Positions 45,907-60,795 of a stretch of DNA of 64,000 bases are shown in pieces (within the stretch, counting starts at the first letter, position 1; every line of letters starts with the position of its first letter). Under the pieces are notes generated by a model, which worked only from the letters and a program-made list of their open reading frames with translations, made no database searches and was not told where the DNA came from. Location of the stretch: the NCBI GenBank assembly GCA_012295275.1, contig CM022671.1, forward strand, positions 17,546,001 through 17,610,000, read 5' to 3'. This DNA comes from Chrysomallon squamiferum. Taxonomy: Eukaryota; Animalia; Mollusca. The translations under genes and the position numbers were made by a program.

Positions 45907-46149
45907 ATACATAACCTTGGTAATCAATACTGACTGGATTGGGAAATACACCAATGAGTGGTTTGTAACTGATATCATTTCAATAATTTTATTTATTTAT
46001 TTACTTACTTACTTACTAAATTATTTATTTACTTACGTACATATTTATTTATTTAATTATTTATTTATATATTTATATATTTATATATTTATATATTTAT
46101 ATATTTATTTATATATTTATTTATTTATTTATTTATGTATGTATGTATT

Positions 46150-47050
46150 CACCGAACACACAGCAGCTCCCTAAAGATAGAGCATGCCAGGCAACGAAAC
46201 GCTCGGTGGGTGTTTTAATCAAGATTTTCTCGTATTGATCGCTCTCAGCCTCCACTTGATTGAAGACGGTTGTGGCTAAATCCTCACTAATCAATACGGC
46301 TAGCTGGACACGACTGTGGGTCTCCGCGGACGAACGCCGGGGTCCTGATGGATCGGTCTGTTTGTACAGGCAGACGGACGGTCGATGGCGACATTTTTGT
46401 CAAGCCTCAAGACGATAGCAAGCGACATCTATTGACACTTTCAGGACACCGATAATTCCAGCGTAATAAATTGCCTTTAGACGCCTTCCAGCGAAGATAA
46501 GGTCTTTCTGTCAAGATTACAGCCCTTAAATAGGTTTTCATTAGTTCGCCCGATGCTCGCAGTGAACTCTCTCGTTTTATCAAATATTGCTTTATTAATC
46601 AAACGGACTCGTTTTTCGTTAATTTGGCTATCAGCCGGGGCGAAAGTGTATCCGTCGATAACAAAAGAGGGTTAATTCCTTGAGTGGTTAACTGGACATT
46701 CAGATGCATGTTGCCGAGCTCGGAGTCTGAAAACACTAATAGACTCCGAGGTGGCCACACAATTGAGCGTTATTCTCTTAGCCGTACCGTGCTATCATCC
46801 CTTTGTGTGACGGACTGGCAAGCCCTTCTCCCGAATCAGGCTCAGATTTCGTTATTGGTTTCGGGACATTTTTCTTCGTTAATTACAATTCCATGTTCGC
46901 TCGGCATTCATTTCGGTACAGTTCATAAAAAAAAAAAAAAAAAAAAAAAAATGTCAAGATATGTCGAGTTAGTCATTTCCAGCCGCATGGCAATTTTTTT
47001 CTTCATTAATTTCAATTCCATGTTAACGCGACGGTTCTTTTCAGTGTGTT
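46150..47050. other. Largest CpG-rich unique island (~0.9 kb); candidate conserved non-coding or regulatory element
   Basis: Mostly free of SSRs, GC- and CpG-rich, several TAATCAA/ATTGAT words; no credible ORF. Confidence 0.45.
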
Positions 47051-47484
47051 TTATATAAAGGTGTTTTAAGATGTGTTGAGTTATTTCCAGCTCTGTGACT
47101 GTTTTCTCGAATGCTGAGGTGTGTGTGTGTGTGTCTGGCTTTCTATTGGCAAGTGCATTGAACTAATCTCTTGCTTTTCAAGCATATGAGTGGTTCATGA
47201 AGTGGGTGACACTAAGTATAATAGAGCATAAAATATATTTAAAATGAATTTTTCAGTAGGCAGTAAGAATTAATTTCGTCTACGTTTTTAATTTGAAGAT
47301 AACACTTCGGAAAAAGAGGTTCATATTACCTTGATTATGAAGTCATTCATCATATATATATATATATGTATCAGATTTTAATCATGATACAACATAAAAC
47401 TAACTGTCTGATTATGTTTAATTTATACCTAAGAAATTATGTTGCTTTAACCTTCATCCATATGTGTGATTACATTCATGATCC

Positions 47485-47578
47485 AACATCAACCCTCTAT
47501 CTGATAAAATTCATTGATACAACATCAACCCTCTATCTGATAAAATTCATTGATATAACATCAACCCTCCATCTGATA
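47485..47578. repeat. 36 bp tandem repeat, ~2.6 copies (AACATCAACCCTCTATCTGATAAAATTCATTGATAy)
   Basis: Copies at 47485, 47521 and 47557. Confidence 0.93.
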
Positions 47579-48057
47579 TTATTTTCAAAGTTTACAAAAC
47601 CAACCAACCAGCTTATTACATTACATTAAGGATACACAAATAAACATCACACCACCCAGCTATTTTTATGAAACAAAGAGTAACATGCAGCCCATCTATC
47701 AACGATCAACAGCAACCATCAATCAACTCGGTTAGTTACGTTCGTGATAAGCTCAGCTGTGATTCTTGTTTCTTTAACTATTTCTAATCCGAATTAGCCT
47801 CGGGCTACAAACAGAAATACTGCTCGACCTTTATTCGAAGAATAAAACTGAATGAAGGAATTGCTTAATGTTATAACGAAGAGCAAACACAATCATTGAA
47901 TATCGGATTTCAGACAAACAGAGTATAGAAACGAATGAATGATTGTTTTTTTTTTAATACAGAGAAATCAGAAAAGAAGATTGATTAAGAATGGATGTTG
48001 TGGTTTAGTAGTAAATCAGTAAAAAAATATAGTATTCTGTTCGATCCTGCCTCAGAG

Positions 48058-48288
<231 letters not shown>

Positions 48289-48435
48289 TCATATTGAGGT
48301 CAATACAAACTGATGATGAAAGATTCAGTTACGCGAAAAATCTTTATGCAGAAAATTAATACGTAGTCAATACGATTATGTGGCTCTGTTTATATATTTG
48401 CATATATGTTGGGTTGGAACATAAGTTGCTGTGGT

Positions 48436-48436
<1 letters not shown>

Positions 48437-48488
<52 letters not shown>

Positions 48489-48713
48489 CTGTGTGTGTGT
48501 GTGTGCATTGGGATGGAGCAAAAGTTCACAGCGGTTTTTTTTATGTGGCGGTTGAGCAACTGTTTTCATTTCACACTCGACTGCAATGTGTGAGATATTT
48601 ACATATTGTGAAAGGGGAACAAACAGACACGTGTGTGCTTGAATAAATCTATGTATAAATCTATATATTGTCACTTAAAAAATACACAACATACGCTCAC
48701 GCGCACACCCCCC

Positions 48714-48763
<50 letters not shown>

Positions 48764-48780
48764 AACACATGACACACACG
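48437..48780. repeat. (GT)n 48437-48505 and (AC)n 48717-48780 inverted pair
   Basis: Direct reading; outer flanks ATTAATA..TTATG.TGGC / GCCA..CATAATATTAAT are complementary. Confidence 0.85.
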
Positions 48781-50116
48781 CATGGCCACTCCACTTCATA
48801 ATATTAATAAGGATTTTATAAATATTATTATTATTACAAAAAAAAGAAAAAAGAAAAAAAAAAGAATTGTATTTTATAGCAATTCACCCTTTCTGGAAGA
48901 TTAGCTGACATTTTTGCGAATCTACAGGTTATTATTAAAGCTGAAATATAATAAGTAGTATTATTAATTATAAGGTTTTTTTTTCAAGCAAAGAAGTCGA
49001 TCGTTTACCTCGACTCAGCTAAATCAGTTATTGACGGCCTTTTCACTTCCCGGCGAGCGATAATGAACGCTCAACGAAGACAACATGAAATTCTATCAGT
49101 GATTTATATATTAGTTGATAACCAAATATTTACTCTGCCTCAATAACTCGAATTAACTGCCATAATGCTGGACGGTGACCTTATTGACGTCAACGGCAAC
49201 GTCGACATTTCATTTCCGGCTAATGCAATGCCGAAAAGTAATTAACGAGACCATAAACATTGGTGATTAAGTGGACGCTGTTTCTTTGGAATAACAAAAA
49301 GGATGGATGGACGTTTGCGTCTAATGTCGTAGCCAGATTAAGACAGCCAGGCTTGTTCTCGTCCCTATTAACGAGTTTTGTCAATCGAAGTCTCGTGTGA
49401 TTGGTTTGTATGCGTAAATAAACGTATGTTTGCTTCAGCGAGCGTGTGACGAAGAGGCATCCTTACAAGAAGCCAGTGGTACGAAGTTGAGGACGTTGGG
49501 TTGTTGTGAATGTTCAGAATGATTCCAACACACACACATATGAGCTTCAGTATTTTTGCTTGATTTTTAAAGCGTTGTAACGAACTAAGAGATTAATATT
49601 GTTAAAAAAAAAATAATAATAAAACAAAAAATTTCATTGCAAATCTTTATAGATATTACGACATCTGAAAAAATGAATTTTGTTTTAATGTATGTCTTTA
49701 TCTTTATAATCTGCAAAAACTTAGAAATACTTAAATATTTTAAATATGTGTCAATGTACCTGTAGTAAAGTGTGTTGAAACAATACATATGGGCAAATAT
49801 GTGTCACAATTCCTGAACATATTGTGGGCCTAAGGCTTTTTATAAACAGAATAAAAATGTTCTTGTTCACATGCATGCGTCAGTATGAGGGTATGTATTA
49901 CACGTTAGAATCTGTTAACGTCAAGGCGTATGAATGTTATGTGTGAGTGTGACTATCAGAAAAAAAGCATGTATAGAAATGCATCTCTATATTGCTGTCA
50001 GTATTTGATCTATGTGTGTGTGTGTGTATGTATGTATGTGTATATATGTGTATATATATACAAAAATAAATACACACATACACCCACACACACTCACACA
50101 CATACATACAAACACA

Positions 50117-50160
<44 letters not shown>

Positions 50161-50794
50161 TATATATGCACGTATGTATGTATACGCGTGTGTGTTTGAG
50201 TGTGTGTGTGTGTTTATTTTTGTACGCATATCATATAACGTACCTCTACAGGTAATCAACAAGAGCTAGATCTGGAATGAACGTAAATATCAGATTTTAT
50301 GGAACAGCGTTACCTCTGTCTCTCTCTCTCTCTGAGGCAAGAGGGATCAATTAACAACAGGTACAGAAATAAGAAGAAAAAAAAGAAAAGAAAGTCATGC
50401 TATATCTGTGTCCTTGCCAGAAACGTAAGCAAACGTAAAACGATTCCACAGGTAATTGAAGATACCTTGTAGCAAAATCGCCTTACAAACATGGTCACAT
50501 TCCCAGTTTGTTAGCCTTTCGCTGATTGGAAAGAATCTGGGGAATGGCAAAGGTTTATTTCTTCTTGGGTCAGATTTTGACTCTGTGTGTTTTTTTCTGT
50601 TGCTGTATCAAACTGCTGGGGATTCTGTGATATTTTTAATATAATTTCTTAGCATTTATTTGAAATGTTGTGATGTTATTTTCAGTTGCCGGATAATTGC
50701 AATTTCATAAAGCTGAATAAAAACTAAAATGAATTACCTCTGCATACAAATTTTCCCTTTATTTTTATTCAGACTGTGATTTTGCAGATAGTTG

Positions 50795-50861
<67 letters not shown>

Positions 50862-50881
50862 TTATTTACTTATTTTTATTA

Positions 50882-50945
<64 letters not shown>

Positions 50946-50975
50946 GTTGTGGCTGTTGTTGTTGTTGTTGTTGTT
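50795..50975. repeat. (TAT)n-(TGT)n microsatellite
   Basis: Direct reading. Confidence 0.92.
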
Positions 50976-51793
50976 TTTTGTTTTTAACGATTATAAAGTA
51001 CCTCACTTGATCTTCAGAAGGTTATCTTCACAAACGATGATGACTACTCTCGCTATGCTACACTCCTGTATCCATCCCTAACCTATATTTGTTTCATACC
51101 TTCCTTTTTTTTTTTTTTTTTGTTTTTTCCCGTACAGTCAAACTAGAAACACACGCTGTGTAAAACTAACGCAACCGGAGCCAGAAGTTAAGCGATTCTG
51201 CACTTTCAAGGTCACAGGTATAAAGTCAGAAAAACAATCGTTATTTTATGCTAAATAAACACTTTGGTTATTTCAGGAGCTCGTAAAAAAAAAGCACTGG
51301 CCAAACGCCGCAGTTTTAAACGATAAAGAAGTTCTGTTTTTTCACCTATATATTTACCCAATTACCTCAGCGATGTTACTGCTGCCATGATACAGATACG
51401 CTATATGGCCACATTCCACGACAGACAATAATACTAGCAAGGGGAGAAAATAGACCTTGATTTCTCATTTCCCTTTTTCTCCACAGACAATAAAACTCGT
51501 ATATGTCAGAATATCTCACATCCTAGCCCCGACAACCTCAATTTTTTTTTTTAAAAAGAAAAGAAAAAATAAGAGGTATAGAAATAGCGATTCTGATAAA
51601 TGGAATCGATCCCGTGACTTCTTGCGCCTATGTATCTACGTGGAAAGTGTATTATACAACATGCTAGGCTTTCGTTTGTGTTGAAAAGATGCCAATTCGC
51701 ACGGTTTTCTGTAACATCGCACTGATGACTTCAGAGGCAGAACTCGCCAAGTTTACTGAGAAACCCGCTAACAGAAGCTGTTCCACTAAAGCT

Positions 51794-52033
51794 TTGTGTG
51801 CTTTACGACATAATAAAATCACAGGTTAGCAAGAAAGCAGCAACGCCCTCAGTTACTTGTATTGATGTCTGCGTTTTAGTACTATTTATATATATAATCA
51901 GAACATAATGTTGTGAAATTGGAAAAAAAAAAAAATAAGAATGTATCTAGTTTTTTTTGTAACCTATATTCTAATTGTAATCATTACCAGTTAGCCACAT
52001 TTCGTGTTAGATAAGCTAATCATAAAGAGATTG

Positions 52034-52091
<58 letters not shown>

Positions 52092-52181
52092 GAGAGAGAG
52101 AGAATGCATATGTATAGTCTAACAGTAATCTTTACCAGTTAGCCAAATTTTCATGTTTGACAAGATTAACATTTCGAATTT

Positions 52182-52267
<86 letters not shown>
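51794..52267 (+). repeat. Dispersed ~230 bp element plus (AG)n, followed by a diverged partial tandem copy (52114-52170) and a second (AG)n
   Basis: Inverted match to 8241-8466; GTAATCwTTACCAGTTAGCCA occurs at ~51977 and ~52126. Confidence 0.92.
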
Positions 52268-52269
<2 letters not shown>

Positions 52270-52898
52270 TGAACAGCTTAATTGAAACTCTAAATAAAAA
52301 CTGAAAACGTTATCTGATATTAATCTAAACGCTACAGTATTTGCCATTTTGACAAAGATAACAATGAAATATCTGCGTATTCCACTCGGCAGACCTAAGG
52401 ACCTATTGTTCGGCGTGTGGACTTTTCGTTAAGTGTTTCGTTATGGTGCGTGTTTCTAAATATACAAATATCAGTGAATGTCTTACACGTGTAGCATACC
52501 TTCTTGCCTCGGGATTGTATTAAGCAATCCCACAGTAATATCACTGATACCAGAAAGACTTGCATCGCTCAATGTTTGTATGTAAAACTAATTTACCCCG
52601 GCTGCTAGACAGAGAAGTGGCTTTTTGATTTATTTTTATTTCTTTTCTTTTTCTTTTTTTTTAACTTTCTTTTCTTCCTTTTTTTTTTTTTTTGTTAGTG
52701 TAATGGGATGGCTGGGTTTTAATTTAAACGGTTTACAGGAGGCTAACCTTTCGAATTTTTTCTCGAAATGGAACATTAAGTTAAAAAGAAATTAAACAAC
52801 TGAAACGATAAATAGAGAAAAAATAGTAGAATTTTTTGTAAAAGGAAATCTTTCCTTTATGACCTGATTATAGATTATGAAAATAATAATAATAATAA

Positions 52899-52929
<31 letters not shown>

Positions 52930-53264
52930 AAGAAGAAGAAGAAGAAGAAGAATTAATAATATCTACAGAGAAAATAAAATAAGAAAACCAATTATTAATC
53001 CAATGATATCATTTCTAAACTCTTAATAACAAATTGTTAACATTTCAGAATTAAGCAATTTGAAATAAACATGATTCGGAAAAACATACAATAATAAGTA
53101 CCAACACATGAGAACAAACTGAGACAAGAAATGTAAGACCAATCCTATTCAAAAGTACCATTAAGCCTATCCCTGGTAATAACCAGTAGCAATTTAAGAT
53201 TTATAAACGTAAAGATGTTTTTTTAAACTTTCATACATTTTCCTCATGTGAATATTTATTACTG

Positions 53265-53295
<31 letters not shown>

Positions 53296-53466
53296 ATCAG
53301 CTGTAATAATATATAATTTATTTTTAAACTCGTATCCTCTATGATTACAGTAATAAATAAAACGCACAAGAACGATTAACTTTCACGCATCTGGGATTAC
53401 AAATCCGGTGGCAGAAACCTCTTGTATCTTACGTTCTGTTTTACCAAAAATCCAGCCAAACACACA

Positions 53467-53507
<41 letters not shown>

Positions 53508-55446
53508 CACACAACACATCAGTCTGCCAGTCTTAACGCATTAACAAGGCTTCGAACGCGCACGTGGTGGATGGTTTGGGTTTATTAGAACAGTTGACTT
53601 GATTCCGTTCCAGTTTGCGTACTCAGTTACCCGCCTCTCGTCGCCTGTATCCGTGCATGATGACTCCGCTGATGCTTTGCCAGACAATGATCTTCTCTTG
53701 CCTGACGGACTGCGCGCGATTCCAGCGTGCTGCAGGGTTGTCAGCGTTCACAGGGGCCAACCTGTGTGCTTCTGGTGTCTTTGCCGTAAGCAGAGTAGCT
53801 GGAAGCTGTTCAGGCTTATTTGCTCTTTTCTCCTCGGCGTTTCTAAACAGGGGTCAAAGAAACAAACAGCACCGTGCGGTCCAATATGTATCACCCTCGT
53901 AACACATAACTCATAAGTTACTTCCCAGACAGGTACGTCAGGCTATGTAGATACCAGATTGTGTTCTTGAGTGTCCAGTCTTGGTCGGACAATGGTAGGA
54001 CATGGATTCTATCGCCTCTAATTAGACAAGATGGCCACGTCCACTTCACTTATGGCTGTACGTACGAATGCACGTATCTACATACACACATGCATACTTA
54101 TATATAGACAAATAACATGCAAGTACACAAACGTGGTGAATGTGTATGCATGAATGTAATATTATACATAGGACATGTATATTATATAACTCTTAGTTGA
54201 TATATTCGCCATTTAACTATTGTTTTCTAAGAAGATTATACTGAAATTATATCATATTTTGTAGTCATAACAAATCAAATACACAATCCTATAGACATTC
54301 TGTTAATATATAAATGCAGTAGCCAGTCTTCTTTGTTTTAAGAAAATATACTCGGCAGATACTTTAACTTTCAGATTCAAAATTATCATGACAGCTAAGA
54401 CCAAGTGTGGATTATACTGATAATATAATTTAAAAAATATGAAAAATACACTTGTAAATATCAGAAAAAGAAATGAGATTTAATGAGAAAAACTCAACAT
54501 AAGAACATACATGCGTACAGAAATCTACTAAAACTGCATCTGTTACAAAATTACCTCTTACACAGTTCCGGTCGTCTGTGATTAACAAGACTTAAAATAA
54601 GTAGCCTCTATTATTACTTTTCTTTTAGAATCAATTACAGATTATGGCCACTATATATTTCTTATTAAGTGTAACGTCGGTTAGATAGTGAGTGGGTTAG
54701 CAATCAGGCTGCAGGGGTTAAACATTCATTCAGATAAACGATTCATTATATCAGAACTCAAACCAAGTCGTAGAATGCCAACGCTATATCCCAGCTGCCT
54801 AAATCGATCTGATAAATGTATACAAAACATACACACACACACACACACACACAGACACACAAGCCATGAACGAAATAAAGGATCAATCAAAAAAAAAACA
54901 TAATGATAATAATAATAATAATAATAATAGTAATAAATAACTGAGAGACAGAACTAAGAGAATGGTTTAAAGAACAAAACGACAAATCTAGTCCGGTTGT
55001 GTGAATGTATTTTTGACGACAATACCACGGCTATCAGTTTAATAATTCACGTATTAATCAACACGTATTTGCGATCAATAGCGCCGTCTCAGTCCCTCGC
55101 GGAATCGTTGTCACGTGACCAGTCCTATTTTTAAAGTACTGAATTGTTTCTTCTTTTTTTTTTCTTTTATTCTATCATGTTAAATTAATGACTTTTTTTA
55201 CCCCCCATATTAAATCGATAATTGGAGTTGTTGACCCTGATATACTGACACACCACAATAATTACGACTCTGCGCAACAAGTTAGTGAATTAGGTGGCTT
55301 AATTTTATTTTACATATTGTAGGTATGTGTGTGTGTGTGTGTGTTAATACGCATTACTATTTGTAGTAACAATAGATGTTGTAGTAGTAGTTTCATTACT
55401 AAAGTAATGCTAATTTAAAAAATAAGAAACAGCATGATGGTGATGG

Positions 55447-55452
55447 TAGTAA

Positions 55453-55507
<55 letters not shown>

Positions 55508-55530
55508 GGTGGTGGTGGTGGTGGTGGTAG
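55447..55530. repeat. (AGT)n-(GGT)n microsatellite
   Basis: Direct reading. Confidence 0.92.
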
Positions 55531-56313
55531 TAACAGTAGCAATAGTATATTGGTAGTAGTACTATATTCAGTGCCTAAGTGTATGTGTACCGTTTTCTTT
55601 TATCATACATCACCTCTGTAACATTACTTTCTGCACTAATTACAATCGCACGATGTAATCAGCAGATGAACTAAATTTTATTTATCGAGCTCTGGAAAAA
55701 AAAAAAAAAAATAAAATAAAATAATCCGAATTATACAAAAAAAAAAAAAAAAAAAAAAAAGAAGAAGAAAGAAATGAATTCTCTACATAATTGTAATTGT
55801 TAACATTGTGCACTGCGCGACATTTAAATACAATTTCCATGCTAAAACGAAACAGTAAACTCTGGAGAAATTTGATTACGGAGCTGCTTTTGCAATATTT
55901 AGTTCCATCGGATCGATTTTTTCCTTCCTGTCATATTTCGCTGCATGATTGCAACTTGCCTTTGTGTGGCGTTATATACAGGGCGAACAAGAAGCTGATG
56001 TTCCTGAACGGCCAGTAAAACCAATCAGGGATGTATGGGCGAAAAAATAATCTTTTATGGTGTTGTCTTTCGCCAGACGAAGCTGTAATGAAAGACGTTT
56101 AGAGAAATATTAATATATAAGCTACTACTATGTGATTCCTTAATGTGTGTGGGTATGTAAACTGGTGAGAACGTAGAGAAATAAATATTTATTTATATTC
56201 TATTTTTATGCGCGATGAATGGTTCCAGTCAGAAGAAATCAATAGGAAATGTGTCTGTTGCTGAATTATTTATATGTGTGTATGGATTTATACAAGCATA
56301 ACTGTTTTTAATA

Positions 56314-56435
<122 letters not shown>

Positions 56436-57280
56436 CACACAATAAAAATTCATAATATATCGTTAAACAGTATATATATATATATATATATATACACGTC
56501 TTCTTTTTTGTTTAGTACTTTATCATCATCATCAATTTCATATTATTATTATCATTATTATTAGTAGTAGTATCAGTATTAGTATTAGTATTAGTATTAT
56601 TATGTCATCATCATCATCATTATTATCATCAATGAACATCATTTGAATAATAACAACACACTGTTGCATACTTTGTTTTTCGAGCTGAAAATTATCTACG
56701 CAGAGAAAACAAAAACAAAAACAATATTGCGTTGTAAAGGAAACACGGGCTGGCGCTAACATCGGTTTCCAGTTTCTGCAGTTCGATCCACGGTTAACAT
56801 TTCTTTGACCTTAACGAGCGAATCTCACCCATTCACCCGCACGAACGCGAGACTGGAGAGTTTAAGAAAACGCAAACCAGATGATACGGAAAATCATAAC
56901 CGATCAAAGCGTTTGTGGGCAACGGCGAAAATGCCGGGAGATGCCTTCAAGCCGTTTGTTTTCTTACGAGATATCTCAGAAGGAATATTTCTCTGTATCC
57001 TGTTTTGTTCTGTGTGTTTGTGTGTGTTATCAAGAAGTCAGGGGGGAAACATTTCGTCTTTCGTTGTCTTAGCAGGATGTTTTTAAAACAGCCCCCGTGT
57101 GTTCGACATTATGAAGAAGTCGCAGTTGCGTTACGGTTCAAAGTAGCTCCCGAACGAAACACAGCCCTATCGATTCCCAGTGATTGGCTTCGTTTTTGTT
57201 CGGAAGGAATAATGTTAGTGATCTGACCAAACGAAACGTGGGATTGATACCCATGGCGGTCATTTTTTGAAAACGGATAG

Positions 57281-57323
57281 GGAGAGACAGACAGATAGAG
57301 AGAAAGAGAAAATAAAATAGCGT

Positions 57324-57403
<80 letters not shown>

Positions 57404-57513
57404 AGAAGAAGAAGAAGAAAACCAAAAAGAGTAAGAGAGATAGAGACAGAAGCAGAGACAGAGAGGGAGAGAAAGACAGACACAGAGAGAGAGACAGAGA
57501 GAGAGACAGAGAC

Positions 57514-57588
<75 letters not shown>

Positions 57589-57600
57589 CCGAGAGAGATA
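57281..57600. repeat. Purine-rich (AG)n/(AGAC)n block
   Basis: Direct reading. Confidence 0.92.
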
Positions 57601-57999
57601 AAAAAAAATGGTTATCCAGTTAAAAGGATAGTGATCTTCGCATGAGTTATTGCTTAATGCTCCATTCCACACGTTTAGGTATTAACAGCTTTGTTAATTC
57701 TTTAATAACAATGAATGCGCTGGAAGTCGTAACACCTGTTACACTCATTGTGTGCTTCTCTTCCGCACTGCAAGTTATCTATGTCGACAAAACGTTTATT
57801 CTAAAAAGTCCTTTTATTCTCTCTGTTTCAGCCCAAACTAACAAGTGTTGTTTTGTGTTCGACATACCACTGAACTCTCTCTCTCTCTCTCTCTCTCCAT
57901 ATCGTTCATTCACACTGTCCGTTTTTCTCTCTCTATCTGTCTACCTCTCATTCTCATTGACATTTTCTGACTCTTCATATGTGATGTGCGTGTGTTTGT

Positions 58000-58038
<39 letters not shown>

Positions 58039-58583
58039 TGTGGGTGTGTGTGTGTGTGTGCTTTCGTATATACATATCGGCATCTTAATTACATTATTTA
58101 TTTCACATAGTTTGTTAAATTACCACCAGTATTAAGCACAGTAACATATTTCCCGAAAACAGAATTTCAGAACTGGTCCCTCGAGAGGAAGAAAATTCAT
58201 TCTGGAATAAGCAACTGATTAAACCCACTATCAGAAAAAAAAACACACACCAAAACGCATCCACTTCAAACGCTGCAAGCGAAATGCTAATTTGAATATT
58301 AACTCAATATGTGACCACTTTTGGGCCACCGCCGGTAACAGTCTGTTTACAGCGTAATTCGTCCACTTGCTGTTAGACTTAATAATATCACTTAATGCAA
58401 TTTGAATAGCTCGGATACAAATTACACATTAATTATTTGCGCCCATATATTCTGAGGAAAAGCCATTAAGCCAGTAATAATCTTAGCCATTTTGCAATAT
58501 ACGATAATATATGTCACAGCGAATCAGCCTCAACCAGGAATGTGGTCAGTGAATTGTGAGAAGCATAGGAAACATTCACACAG

Positions 58584-58625
<42 letters not shown>

Positions 58626-58868
58626 ATACAAATGTAAAGCTGATAGTAGTATTGTTAGTAACAGTAGCAGTAGTAATAGTCGGAGAAGACGTAGTAGTAA
58701 TAGAAATAATTGCGATGTCATAGATTATATATATATATATATATATAAAATGATAAATAGACAGAGAGACAGACAGACAATCAAGCAAATAAATAGATAA
58801 ATAATATTTTATATCCAAAGAAGATATGTTAATCCCTTTAGAAAATACATACACTGACAGTAATAATA

Positions 58869-58908
<40 letters not shown>

Positions 58909-60241
58909 TAAATAAATAAAACTGAAATGCCGTAATTATTTGAATATTATTACTCAGCCATTGTGAGCCATGCAGCCGCCTCATGAAAACCAAAGTTATT
59001 TTCCTTTATCGTTTCCACCAGTTAGATCAAGGACAATTGTGTTGACTTATTGCTTTCGAAGGTACTTAAAGGTAAAATCCTCATGTTAAAACGGATGCCA
59101 CTAAAACTGATGGAGGAAATCAAACAGAAATAATGTCTCGATTTAACGCATGCGTCGCTAAGCACATGAAAAATATCAAGAGGAAAGAATAAATGATGAG
59201 AATACTAATGTCGTGTGGAAACTGCATTTGAGGATTTGGTTTCTGGCAGCAGGAGTAGCACTGAATAAATAGGGATAATTCTGAACAAATAGCTTTTAAG
59301 AACGAAAATACATCGAATCGAATTTCACTGCAACAGACGTACGTCTTTATTATTTTCGTCCCGAGAAAGTAGGTCAACCATTAAATATGTAATCATTTTA
59401 GTATTAACATATATACGAACGCAGCTTAGAGTAGCTATAACCTTGCCTTCTACAAAGTATATTCAAAGATATCTGAAAACTTGAATCACATCTGAAGAAT
59501 GTTATGATCGAGCATTTTCGATTCCTAATTTTATTTCATTTTCATCCAAATAAACAAAACGCCATCACACCAGGAAATCGTTTCACATTCGTTATTACCC
59601 AGAAACAAATATTTAATAATATTATTTTTACTACACAACGGAGCGATAAACAAATAAATAAATACATGGCAAACATTCCGGCAGCTTTATTATGTTTACA
59701 AGCAGTAATAAATGATAATAAAACCCTATTTATTGATTCGTTTAGCGGTTTCTGTTGTATATTGGTTTCCGAGACTGCTGTATATTGGTGGGTGGATCGA
59801 GGCATGTTTGAGGGTTGTTTTAAATGATTTTGTTGTGTTATATGAGTGCATGAAGTTGAGAAAAATCATTTAGCTGCAAATTGATAATAGTAATAATAAA
59901 CAAATAAATAAAAACAACATTAAAAGATGTTACTAATACGTACATCTAGGTGCCTATCTTCATATGCGTGCAAACCTATTTACATATATTCAAACACACA
60001 CACACACACACAACAGACCGTAAACATGTATATATCATACACCATACATGCACATACACCTCACATATAAACATAACATCATACACATACATACATATGA
60101 TTATACACAAATATCACATACATACACACGAACTGAAATACATTTAAAAAAACCAACAAAAAAAAAACCCACCCTCTAACCTAAACTAAACTACATGGCG
60201 TTAATTCAAACGTTTAAACGTGTCCGCTTCCAGAATTATCT

Positions 60242-60274
<33 letters not shown>

Positions 60275-60764
60275 TTTGTTATGAAACACATTGGCCCCTC
60301 TTGGCCTCCGCGTCCAGCTGATGTTCACTGAGTTTATATGACCGCTCATTAACGAGTGCTTTTTATTGCTGACAATGCGACTGATTCGGCCACATGAGCC
60401 GCGGTCATGCTGAAACTGCCAAGTTAGTTTGTTTCACTATCGATTTTCCTCTGCGGATGAAGACAAACAGAGAGCTGTATTAATTTCATTAACCTTGTCT
60501 GCTTTACGAGTCTTCTCGAATTAAGACATAAACAGCAGCGGTTACGGTTATCTAAATCACACCGCCATACACTTCGTGAGCGGTTGCTTTGGCTGGACGG
60601 CTGTTTGGGTGTGAAAGAATGCGCTCCCGCGTCTGTAAGATGTGAGAACTGTGTAATCGTAACTTGTATGCAGGCCTTCGTGTCCACATATGGGGTTATG
60701 AATACAGACTGCGTGTCCTTTATGTTTGTATGCTTTTGTGCGTATATGTATGTGTATGTATGGG

Positions 60765-60795
<31 letters not shown>

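Noticed and set aside
51700-51770. Second CTGATGA...GAAA hammerhead-like motif next to the dispersed element
   Set aside because: The closing pair of stem II and the base of stem III are mismatched.
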